Shown in pieces: positions 20,701 to 27,879 of a stretch of 64,000 nucleotides of DNA. Origin of the DNA: Euryarchaeota archaeon UBA256 (GTDB lineage Archaea > Thermoplasmatota > Poseidoniia > Poseidoniales > Poseidoniaceae); contig DACE01000029.1 of assembly GCA_002494645.1 (NCBI GenBank), positions 3,976 through 67,975 of the forward strand, given 5' to 3'. A model generated the notes under the pieces. That model searched no databases, was not told the origin of the DNA, and saw nothing but the letters and a program-made list of their open reading frames with translations. A program made the translations under genes and the position numbers. Position 1 is the stretch's first letter, and every line of letters starts with the position of its first letter.

Positions 20701-23551
20701 TGCCACCTTGTTTGGGATGGTTGGACATGATGGGAAGGTGGGGTTGGCCTTCGAGAATTTGAGATGCAAACATCGACAGAGCCCGTTTTGGCCCAACTTC
20801 AACAAAGATGCGAGCCCCAGCCTCATACATCGTCTCAATCTGCTTCGTCCATTCGACTGCGGAAGCCATTTGTGGGGCAAGTTGTTTCAAAATACTCGTT
20901 TTGGCATCTTCCCCCTCTGCGGGATAGAAGGTCCCGTCAACGTTCGCTGTGATGGGAATGGTCGGCCAGCGGATGGTCAGACCCTCTAAGAAGCGACGTA
21001 GGGGCTCATTGGCTGGTGCAACAATACGCGAATGGAAGGCGTGCGACGTAGCCAATGGAACACAATTGAATCCCTTTGCTTCAAAAGTAGCCATCACGGC
21101 TTGGACAGGTTCGGTTTCACCAGCGATAACCGTCATCTTAGGCGAATTTTTGTTGGCGGCAATGACGTAGCCTTCTGCAGCATTTATGACCGCCTCGACC
21201 TCTTCATAAGGAGCAGTAACGCTGGCCATCAATCCTTTGTCGTCGATCTCGACAGAGCCCATTTCCGTACCACGAGCAGCAGCAGCTCGCAGAGCGCCGT
21301 CCATATCGAGAATACCAGAGGCCATGAGTGCAGCATATTCGCCCAAAGAATGTCCAGCAACCATGTCGGGATGGTGTCCGTAGGTGTTGAGTGTTCGTTC
21401 AATCGCCAAATCTGCTGTGAGCATGGCGGGTTGAGTGTATTCGGTTTGCTTCAATTTATGCTCGGCTTCCTTGCGTTCATCATCACTGACGCTGCTTCGC
21501 AAAACAAAACTCGACAGTGTTTCGCCGTCCAAGACATCAACCATGGTTTCATCGGCTTGCTTCCAAACATCTCCAGGTGCAGTAAACCGCTGAACAAGGT
21601 CGTGCGTCATCCCAACGTATTGGCTCCCCTGTCCGGGATACATGTGAGCAATTTTGGCTTTGGCCGGCATGGGTGAATCCGTACTGACCAATACACCTTG
21701 GGCTTGGAGAAAACCCCATTTCTCTTGGTCGTCAAGTGATTTGACTGCCAGGGTTTGTCGCTTCGTGAATTCAGCCCAAGAGGTGGCTACCAACGCCAAA
21801 CGAGCGGTAGCCGTTTCGTCATAGTTTGAACTCGAGGTCTGAAGCGCCTCTGAAAGACGGCGCCCCCTTGGGTCTTCATCGAAGAGAGGGGCGGAGAACG
21901 AAAGGGCAGAAAGTTGGCTCTTGAGAGAATTCACTGAGTCGCCGGAGAGCAGAAGGACGCCTCCTTCAATCGCCTTCATGGCTTCATGCGACATTGAAGG
22001 CGTGGCATCTTCGTCCAAAATGGACGGGGCTTGAACTTGACCTTGACGACTGTAAGCCTTCCAACGTGCATCCCAGTCCGAAGCCAATGGAAGATGGTAG
22101 TCCGGCTCATAGCCTTCGAGAGCCACGTGGAAATTTGTGCCACCAAAGCCGAATGCAGAGACGCCTGCTCGGCGAGGATGATGTGCCGGGCGGGGCCATT
22201 CCAGAGGGTGTGTTGGGACAAAGAAGGGGATGTTGGACCAGTCAACGGTCGGGTTGGGTGTTTCGAAGTTCGCACTCGGAGGTATGGTGCGGTGGTGAAG
22301 GGCCATGACCGATTTCATGATTCCTGCGATACCAGCAGCAGCCTTGAGGTGGCCAATTTGGGATTTGATTGAACCAACAGCAACCCGACCTGTCCCCTCA
22401 ACACCGGTCCACAACCGAGAGAGGGTCGAGAGTTCAGTTGCATCTCCGACTTTTGTAGATGTCCCGTGAGCCTCTACCAATTCAACGCTTGAAGCGGGGT
22501 AGCCTGCTTGACTGTAGGCACGGGCAATGGCTTGAATCTGACCTCGTTGACTGGGAGCCGTAATTCCCTTGCCCCTCCCGTCAGATGAACCTCCAATACC
22601 CCGGATGACTGAATAGATTTCATCCTCATCTTGAATCGCATCCTTCAGTCGCTTGAGAACAAGAACACCTGCTCCTTCACCCATGACAAAGCCGTTGGCT
22701 CGTGCATCAAAGGGAGAGGAATGCGTGGGAGATAGTGCACCGATAGCAGAGAATTTGGAGAAGGTAGCGGGATCCATTGTTCGGTCTGTGGCTCCTGCAA
22801 GCATGACGTCGACCTGCCGCATCTGCAGCAATCGGCAGGCATCCAGTACGGCAGCCATCGAGGATGCACATGCTGCATCCATGGCATGGTTTGGACCTTG
22901 TAAATCAAGCAGGTTCGCCACGCGACCAGAGACAACATTCGCTAACTCGCCGGGCATGGTATCCTCATTGACACGAGGCGTGCCTTCGAGAATTTCATCG
23001 GTGAAGGCTTCAGCGTTCGAAACGGGTAGGCCGTGTTGCTGGGCCAATGATGCCGTGTGGTTTGACCACACGCGAATATTGGAGAGGTTTCTGTTTTCAC
23101 CACCGAGGGCGTTGGCAAAGACCACACCTGTTCGGGTTCGGTCAATGTCACTTTCTTCACCGTCGTAGCCAGCATGTTCAATGGCATCCGCTGCGACGGT
23201 CACAGCCCAAAGTTGGCAGGGGTCAATTTGGGCAAGAGTTCCGGGCGGTTGACGCCAGCGTCGCCAGTCAAATTCAGCTTCTTGTACGAGGGCACCGATT
23301 TTGGAATACGTGAATCCTTCCGTGTGTTGACCAGGTTCGCCTTCTTTCCAGAAATGCTCGATTGGACCTGGCCAGCGACCTTCGGGGAGGGGAGCGATGC
23401 TGATTTTAGAGTCGATGATATTCTGCCAAAATGTGTCAATGGAATCTGCATCTGGCATCAATGCGCCAAGACCGACGACCGCAATGGGCTCAAATGGACC
23501 CTGGTCAATACCCTCGCAGGGTTTGCCGTCTTCCGTGGTCAGCGACATCAT
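14741..23551 (-). CDS. Type I iterative fatty-acid/polyketide synthase (PfaA-related): KS-AT-degenerate ACP-KS2-ACP-ACP-ACP-KR-DH
   Basis: KS1: DAACASS (C228), EAHGTST (H362), KSQIGH (H401). AT: GHSLG (S735) and HAFHS. KS2: NLACASA (C1363), SHETYT (H1511), KGFTGH (H1551). Three ACPs with DLEGELGIDTVKQAEI. KR: GGGSG, HGAG, YAAAN. DH: HPFLVDHAIEGVPYHPG and FHGPRFQ. Confidence 0.93.
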   Translation of the reverse strand: MMSLTTEDGKPCEGIDQGPFEPIAVVGLGALMPDADSIDTFWQNIIDSKISIAPLPEGRWPGPIEHFWKEGEPGQHTEGFTYSKIGALVQEAEFDWRRWRQPPGTLAQIDPCQLWAVTVAADAIEHAGYDGEESDIDRTRTGVVFANALGGENRNLSNIRVWSNHTASLAQQHGLPVSNAEAFTDEILEGTPRVNEDTMPGELANVVSGRVANLLDLQGPNHAMDAACASSMAAVLDACRLLQMRQVDVMLAGATDRTMDPATFSKFSAIGALSPTHSSPFDARANGFVMGEGAGVLVLKRLKDAIQDEDEIYSVIRGIGGSSDGRGKGITAPSQRGQIQAIARAYSQAGYPASSVELVEAHGTSTKVGDATELSTLSRLWTGVEGTGRVAVGSIKSQIGHLKAAAGIAGIMKSVMALHHRTIPPSANFETPNPTVDWSNIPFFVPTHPLEWPRPAHHPRRAGVSAFGFGGTNFHVALEGYEPDYHLPLASDWDARWKAYSRQGQVQAPSILDEDATPSMSHEAMKAIEGGVLLLSGDSVNSLKSQLSALSFSAPLFDEDPRGRRLSEALQTSSSNYDETATARLALVATSWAEFTKRQTLAVKSLDDQEKWGFLQAQGVLVSTDSPMPAKAKIAHMYPGQGSQYVGMTHDLVQRFTAPGDVWKQADETMVDVLDGETLSSFVLRSSVSDDERKEAEHKLKQTEYTQPAMLTADLAIERTLNTYGHHPDMVAGHSLGEYAALMASGILDMDGALRAAAARGTEMGSVEIDDKGLMASVTAPYEEVEAVINAAEGYVIAANKNSPKMTVIAGETEPVQAVMATFEAKGFNCVPLATSHAFHSRIVAPANEPLRRFLEGLTIRWPTIPITANVDGTFYPAEGEDAKTSILKQLAPQMASAVEWTKQIETMYEAGARIFVEVGPKRALSMFASQILEGQPHLPIMSNHPKQGGIATFFTAIGALALAGRAPQWPELNSSSIQEGFRAGPLEAYQSPSLQSGASTSELEALRTRARPLPNSGGGTAVVATAPVVQTGPLDSEYATTKAIQAYVGDRIAKFSGYPASFCHGHVLLQQGLGLTAHEVQDVMSTLGSEADTDPEFDTSTVQTAGDLNRWVRSPPSSWAPMATLTAPPSTAQVQRVVAATGMQPSVASQRDVDPYVVSGISLGLPGMERVFSEDTFEQLVRGDTCISEVSDEYKQRLLDKNIVRLIKGRDGSVNMDQAKVFGDIPQLAGLKGAFDLAEEFGIDPKAVLAWDISTQLAVAAGLLALRDAGIPLTPVEQVGKGGLRLIRNWQVPQRQRDRTGIVFSSCFPGLQMGVKHAKTDGDDGEGRFDRRYLFQTLNMGHSQFAQYTGIRGPNTTINLACASATAAFGVAEDWLDAGRVDRVVIISGDDVTGDDLWEWIAGGFAASGAAATGNVVEETALPFDRRRNGLVLGMGAAAFVVERHSEAQQRGVQPIAEFLGSTTANSAYHGTRLDVEHVGQVVNGFVSEMEQRWGINRHEIAPKTVFFSHETYTPARGGSAQSEVKALRDTFGDSTNQLVIANTKGFTGHPMAVGIEDASMFYGLLTGRIPPIANHKENDPELGDLNLSKGGDYPELEYGLRFAAGFGSQIALSLMRRWPIEGDRINGAKLLAWTRNLAGTDKVVMRVLQNKLVAYVDGENNLHGGIQGEAWPPTEPWEGLPSQTEPSVPEPTPLPEPVPVPVSAPEPAPTPAKAATPVDDEGMVGIVIEVVVNHTGYPADFVELDQDLEGELGIDTVKQAEIMADIRDRFSLPIDEDFVLSDYPTLNHMIGYIQHMKGGAAPTPTPTPAPMESVEAATPPATPLVVPVAAPMETPVVVDDADMTGTVVEVVVEHTGYPADFIELDQDLEGELGIDTVKQAEIMADIRDRFNLPIDEDFVLSEHPTLNHMIAYIQRMSGAGTPAPTPTAPVVEPEPAPVDVPAVAPVQTHASNPDIEAVLIEVVVSHTGYPADFIELDQDLEGELGIDTVKQAEIMAEIRDRFSLPVDEDFVLSDHPTLNHFTGYITKMQGGSSASTAAQPQEVADAPLISEQAVSPATAGGTRRWQIEVEDCPGTPSLLDVSGTVLVTDDGWGIAEAFCQRMEARGLKAIRVGFESRIRDPSVLDEGGRTVYRADPEQPEHIAWVAQQVADIPLAGLVHMASMKLASEQWDEDTYPSSQIALSGHGWFGLLKEMNSQLTEGRQAFIASVTAMDGRHGNLGDRFNAVQCAASGVTKSYSFERPDLRCRALDLHPDLVFDEDAAAARIERDLFELDGEVEIGLDRDGRRWTLVAFAEDVVEGLKPLTSADTWLVSGGGSGVTAASIIGVATASPNTGAHFELLGRSRLIETTKEWISWSEEQLADEKNALRERLMAASETGKVTMVEWNSSWQTFTRSRDVYLTLDAIEQTGNKAAYHSIDVMDNEALTALGSGLGRTITGVVHGAGLEDSKLVGDKDYSTFDKVVRVKVDGWRALLAAVKASGADNPEFACCFTSVAGRFGNGGQTDYAAANSVLDAEMARITAAGQGRGVAIGWTGWRDVGMATRGSIEAVFASAGIDTLAVEDGVNIFVDEALRGGKRRVIGCGSLGLMDRFNAFRDAPLKLSPAMAATIADPARFPFIDRVLGVEEGQTLTTQTTLSTQDHPFLVDHAIEGVPYHPGVMALEMFAQNALLLRPSTCLAGFEAVRYGLPVKLLKGPMTVRVNAEVERQEGDMTWVRCQLVSDLSNSKGEVFGEREHHVALVRLVEKCDDLCPFLQREVDDLPNIGTPAPGDLAHHPDFIYSRYFHGPRFQSHGGVLRGVGDEELMGIDGVALMRHQLPKTDQFALESEGEEVLLESLPMLIEAGFQNAGLVAMETLGFSSLPVGITWSTMLRVPDQHESLRLRSVQTSALDDGVTVHDVLIVGDDDAPVLALKGLELKAMAQVDESQRFSLDR

Positions 23552-23557
23552 TTCACC

Positions 23558-24358
23558 TCAATTCATGATGCTCTCGGGAACCATCGTAATCGAATAGCCT
23601 GCGTCGACATAAATGCACTGTCCGGTGACGCCCGAAGACAAGGGGCTTGAGAGCCAAAGCGTGGCACCAGCAACATCGGCCTGGCTGACGTTGCGACGCA
23701 GTGGGGCGTTGGCTTCGACGTGGTCAAGAATCCTGTCGAAACCGGGAATGCCTCCGGCAGCGATGGTCCGAATGGGGCCCGATGAGATGGCATTGATGCG
23801 GTGCCCTTCTGGGCCGAGATGACAAGCCAATTCGCGAGTCCAGCACTCAAGCGCGGCTTTTGCCATAGACATGATACCGTAATTGGGGACATAGCGATTC
23901 GAGGCCGCATAGGTAAGCGTCACGGTCGAAGAACCCGGATTGAGGTACGGCAAGGCATGTTTGAGGCAGCGTTGGAGTGAATTGGCCGAAATCGTCATGG
24001 CGGTGTTGATGTCTTGGTCTTCGACGAAGAGAATCGGTCGGTCAAAACAAGCGCGAGGAGCAAAACCGATGGCGTGAATGAGAATATCTGCTTTTTTACC
24101 GGGATGGTCTTTGGCAAATGCCGTGAAGAATTCTGCAGTGGATTCATCACCTGCGACATCCAGTGGATAGAAACCATCGATGGCTGGCAACTCATCTTTG
24201 AGTTTGAACACCCTGCTCATGAATCGCTTCTGGTACCCCAAATAGAGCGTCACACCAGCCGCTGCTAATTGCTGACAAATGGCCCAGGCGATGGAGTCTT
24301 CACTAGCCACCCCGAAAACAAAGGCTGTTTTCCCTTCCAGTCCAATCATGAAAAACAC
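23558..24358 (-). CDS. fabI: Enoyl-ACP reductase (NADH)
   Basis: FGVASEDSIAWAI, HAIGFAP, TLTY, catalytic YGIMSMAK and NAISSGPIRT. Ends 6 nt before the synthase start, which has a GAGGTG ribosome-binding site. Confidence 0.92.
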   Translation of the reverse strand: MFFMIGLEGKTAFVFGVASEDSIAWAICQQLAAAGVTLYLGYQKRFMSRVFKLKDELPAIDGFYPLDVAGDESTAEFFTAFAKDHPGKKADILIHAIGFAPRACFDRPILFVEDQDINTAMTISANSLQRCLKHALPYLNPGSSTVTLTYAASNRYVPNYGIMSMAKAALECWTRELACHLGPEGHRINAISSGPIRTIAAGGIPGFDRILDHVEANAPLRRNVSQADVAGATLWLSSPLSSGVTGQCIYVDAGYSITMVPESIMN

Positions 24359-24469
24359 TCCCTAGATAACAGGTGTAGTGCGCTACACCAAGCCTTTGAG
24401 TGTTACCCTTCCAAATGGGGTACATCGGCCGAGTTAGCGACCTTAAGGAGATGGCCGCGTTGCCTGTAT

Positions 24470-25549
24470 TCACAAGTCTGCAAAGGCAGCGTCAAGATCG
24501 TCTTCATCGTCATCATCGAGGAAGAGGTCGTCAAGTTCGGAAAGGTCCAAATCATCCTTTTCTTCAACCTCATCCACAACATCAACGGTAGGGACATACA
24601 TCGGTTGAGCATTGGCGCGACGACGTAAAGCACGGGCCATAGCGAGGATGAGAATCAAGCCGAAAATGGCAGCACCTGCGATGCTTCCGTAGAGAACCAA
24701 GGTATCTTTGTTGACTTCTTCAAGTCCACCTCCCAAACCACCTGCGGCAGCACTTGCTTCCAACTGAACAGAAATCGTGGATTCACTCACTTGAGCATCA
24801 GGGTCGTTTTCGCTTTCAGCCTGGAAGACAAGTTGGTGTCGTGCGTCTTCGTCAACGGCGGATGGGGCCCGAATGGTGAGTTCTCTGACGGTAGACACAC
24901 CGTCTTCGCTCACCGTTTCAGCAACAAAGGTTCCGTCGGGGAAGGTAAAGCCGAGTGCTTCTAGTTCGTCCGAATTGACGATGTTGACGTTAATTCGGTC
25001 GTCGTCATTTCCGTTGTTTTGAAACTGGAAGGATACTTTGACTTCCTCACCCTCTCCCATGGTCCTCGTGCTTTTGTCTGAGATCTCCAAATCCACCATG
25101 CCGTAGGTGGCGATGTTCAAATCACCATTCACGGTTGCGTTGGAGGCGAGGGCTTCTGGCCAATCCAATACGCCAACATTGGTAACGGTCGCAATGAGTG
25201 TAAATTCGTATGAGATGGAAGATGACATACGGGTCTGTCCCGTGAAGGTCACCATGAAATCTTCTTCTTCATCAGGTCCGAGGTCAAAGGTGTCTTCGCC
25301 CAATATCATGTCGACTTCTATGCCGTCCCACTCTTTCTCTACGCTGATTGTTTCTTGGAATGTAGAAGGGTTTCTGACCGTGCATGTGATTTCAACGGAT
25401 GGCGTATTGAGCGGGTGTACGTCGAGTTCAGGTTGCTTCTCCTCGCAGTCGATTTCAACCCCCGGAGCCGTTGGAACCTGAGCCGTCACGGGCATTGAGG
25501 CGACAAGGAGTGCCATGGTGACGAGAACAAGACATCGCGTATTCTGCAT
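24470..25549 (-). CDS. Secreted Ig-like membrane-anchored protein (choice-of-anchor T-like)
   Basis: Signal peptide, C...ITCTVRNPS, FQNNGNDDD Ig-like repeats, C-terminal TM helix and acidic tail. The family name is from recollection only. Confidence 0.55.
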   Translation of the reverse strand: MQNTRCLVLVTMALLVASMPVTAQVPTAPGVEIDCEEKQPELDVHPLNTPSVEITCTVRNPSTFQETISVEKEWDGIEVDMILGEDTFDLGPDEEEDFMVTFTGQTRMSSSISYEFTLIATVTNVGVLDWPEALASNATVNGDLNIATYGMVDLEISDKSTRTMGEGEEVKVSFQFQNNGNDDDRINVNIVNSDELEALGFTFPDGTFVAETVSEDGVSTVRELTIRAPSAVDEDARHQLVFQAESENDPDAQVSESTISVQLEASAAAGGLGGGLEEVNKDTLVLYGSIAGAAIFGLILILAMARALRRRANAQPMYVPTVDVVDEVEEKDDLDLSELDDLFLDDDDEDDLDAAFADL

Positions 25550-25628
25550 AGCGGCCACATTGGTAGGGTGCGGATTCTCTTTCATCAATGTGATGGGAGA
25601 TTGGGAGGGTCAAGGGCTCAATCTCATT

Positions 25629-26510
25629 TCACGAGGGTGTAGGGGCTTCGCCGTAGACTTTCAGCGCCAACTCCTGGTGTGTCGTCCATAGAACGTCCTC
25701 TTCAACACCTGCTTCGAGAAGTTGTTTCGTCCGTTTTGGCACCGTCTTTGGACCTAAAACAGCACCAGGTCGCCGGGGGTCATCCATGTAATCCGTTTCT
25801 AAAAAAAAGCCGTGGCTGGACGAAGGTTGAGTTTCAATCAAGCGTTCAAGTGCCCCTTTACCAATAAGGACGCTCGGTGTCAGTCCGTGAGTATGGCTCG
25901 CTCGCACGTCTGGAGGAGAATAATGGCGGACCAGTTTGACCAAATCCATCCCTTGTTTGGTTGCTCTCGCAGCAAGGTCAGGATAGGTCGCATCGCTTTC
26001 GCCTTCAACGTGCAACTGCAATGGAATCCCTTCTTGAGCGGCAAGATGCATGGTCTCATCCAAAAGCATGTTTGAAAGGTCCCAAATGTGTTGCGATACC
26101 TTCCAGTGGGGTCGCCCAACCTCTCCGATAGCGTGGGCTTGGCCTTCGTGGACAAAATGGAGGGCTGCTTCGATGGAGTGGCGATAATTTTCAACCGCTC
26201 GTTCCTGACCAGCATCTCCGTCTTCTTCCACCCAGCGTTCAAACTGGTGGGCGAAGGCTGCTGGATGAGGCCCTAGGACAACCCTGACGCCCAAGCCAAC
26301 CTCGTGACGTACTGCATCAGCCATAGCGAGTGTGTCCATGTAGGATTCAGTATGGCCGCTGAGTGTCTCTGGAGGTTGGCGGAAATCAGGGCAATGAACC
26401 AAGACGATATCGGTCCCGCCCGCTCGCTGGAAATCTTTGGCTGCGTCCAGATATCGACCGTTACGGTTGAGGTGGAAATGATTGTCAAGAATCGGACCGT
26501 CGTAGGTCAT
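25629..26510 (-). CDS. TatD-family metal-dependent hydrolase (archaeal type)
   Basis: DNHFH, GPHP, AIGEVGRPH, QLHVE, RHY and ETDYMDDPRRPGAVLGP. Confidence 0.88.
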   Translation of the reverse strand: MTYDGPILDNHFHLNRNGRYLDAAKDFQRAGGTDIVLVHCPDFRQPPETLSGHTESYMDTLAMADAVRHEVGLGVRVVLGPHPAAFAHQFERWVEEDGDAGQERAVENYRHSIEAALHFVHEGQAHAIGEVGRPHWKVSQHIWDLSNMLLDETMHLAAQEGIPLQLHVEGESDATYPDLAARATKQGMDLVKLVRHYSPPDVRASHTHGLTPSVLIGKGALERLIETQPSSSHGFFLETDYMDDPRRPGAVLGPKTVPKRTKQLLEAGVEEDVLWTTHQELALKVYGEAPTPS

Positions 26511-26519
26511 GCTATCGCC

Positions 26520-27062
26520 TCAAATTCGCTCAACGAAATATCCAGCTTCCGAGAAGACGGACTTCCAATACACCGCAGCCATTGCGACCATGTTGGGGTG
26601 ACGAGCATCAGCGACGATTCCCTTTCCATTCGGCCAAAGTTGAACGGTCAGGCTGTGACGCGAATCATGAATGGTGGTGCATCCAAGGCGTGGGTCGTAT
26701 TCTGCTTGACCTGAGGTCAATTGAGCAGGAATCGCTTGGAGGTTGATATTTTGCTCAAATTGAAACGATGCAACCACTGGACCCATTTCTGCTACGAGCC
26801 CGCTGTCATCCATACCCAAGCGGAGCAGCAACTCTTTGGCCGCTGCACGGGCTGCTTCGATGCGATGTGTTCCGTGAACCACAATACGGCCCTCTTCATC
26901 GATGACCAAAGTAGCACGGGGACGGTCAAGGGCTTTGATGACGACGCCACTGTTTCGCTGCCCGCCGACCTCGCTCACGACTTGGTCGTGGTCAACAGGT
27001 GTCGGGCATACGAAGCGAACGAGTTGGTTTTCGACGCGAACGTCCATGGAACCGCCTGCCAT
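26520..27062 (-). CDS. Divergent TATA-binding-protein-fold protein
   Basis: 180 aa with two TBP-like repeats (VRVENQLV..PRATLVIDEEGRIVVHG..EAARAA; PVVASF..NINLQAI..AEYDP..TVQLWPNGKGIV). Start at 27062 follows GGAGGAGG. Confidence 0.6.
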   Translation of the reverse strand: MAGGSMDVRVENQLVRFVCPTPVDHDQVVSEVGGQRNSGVVIKALDRPRATLVIDEEGRIVVHGTHRIEAARAAAKELLLRLGMDDSGLVAEMGPVVASFQFEQNINLQAIPAQLTSGQAEYDPRLGCTTIHDSRHSLTVQLWPNGKGIVADARHPNMVAMAAVYWKSVFSEAGYFVERI

Positions 27063-27063
27063 T

Positions 27064-27870
27064 TCATTCCTCCTCCAGTGCGACGGGGTCGGTTGGTGTT
27101 GATGAAATCTCCTCAGGTTTGAGGTGCGTCTTGAGAGCCTCAAATACCGTGTGCCGATGGGGCATATGGAGCGCAACAAGGAGGGTTGCTTCGTCTCCAT
27201 GAGTCTCGCGCAAGGTTGCTAATGCACCACGGATTCGGGCAGCATAGCGTTCATCTCTGCGTTGATGGAGCACGGGGTTACTGAGCCATTCACACATGTC
27301 CCACCAAGCACCTGCCAGCACACTGGCACTTGACAAATCGGTAGACTGGCCCTTTGGAGGTGGTTGAGCAAGGAAGAGGTGAGCCCTAACAAAGCGTTTC
27401 CAACGCTTCGTAACACGAACCATCCCGAGTAATTTTCTCCAGTGGGACACTGCTTTGGCTTCCTCGGTGAGGTAATCACTCCAATCTTCATCATCAGCCA
27501 GAGGTTCAATGAAGAACACGGGTCGCTCGTGGCGGTCGGCATTTCGTTGGAGACGACGTGGTTCAGGGTCTGGAAACCTGCCGCCCTGAATCTCCTCGAG
27601 TTCGCTGATCCCCTCGAGGTACTTTCCAAATGCCCCACCTGAAAGCAGCCCGTGGGTGAGGTTGATGCCCTGGGATTCGACCTCGTCTTTCTCTTCCTGT
27701 ATCCAAAGGTCCACAATATCCGGAGAGTCAAGCAAGGCCAATCCGTGCCACTGGTCTCTTGGACGCATGGCGTTGGGAAAGACCACGGTGGGGAGGGTCC
27801 CGTGAAGTATCACGCGCCCTCCGTCCGGGTCTGTCCAGACCATGTCGGCCCAGTCGTGCTGGGAAGTCAT
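27064..27870 (-). CDS. Hypothetical protein, weakly TraB/GumN-like
   Basis: Coupled ORF in an operon. VILHGT at the N-terminus and RDERYAARI...LLVALHMPH at the C-terminus resemble TraB-family motifs. Confidence 0.45.
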   Translation of the reverse strand: MTSQHDWADMVWTDPDGGRVILHGTLPTVVFPNAMRPRDQWHGLALLDSPDIVDLWIQEEKDEVESQGINLTHGLLSGGAFGKYLEGISELEEIQGGRFPDPEPRRLQRNADRHERPVFFIEPLADDEDWSDYLTEEAKAVSHWRKLLGMVRVTKRWKRFVRAHLFLAQPPPKGQSTDLSSASVLAGAWWDMCEWLSNPVLHQRRDERYAARIRGALATLRETHGDEATLLVALHMPHRHTVFEALKTHLKPEEISSTPTDPVALEEE

Positions 27871-27879
27871 CCTCAGACC

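Noticed and set aside
14741-23551. Calling the synthase a canonical PUFA synthase (pfaA)
   Set aside because: No pfaB, pfaC or pfaD and no FabA-type dehydratase/isomerase domains. It has an internal second KS, Thr-ACPs and FabI instead, so PUFA production is not supported.
9499-24358. Genomic island integrated at tRNA-Gly carrying the synthase
   Set aside because: No integrase, transposase or visible duplicate of the tRNA 3' end was found, and the core gene carS directly follows the tRNA.
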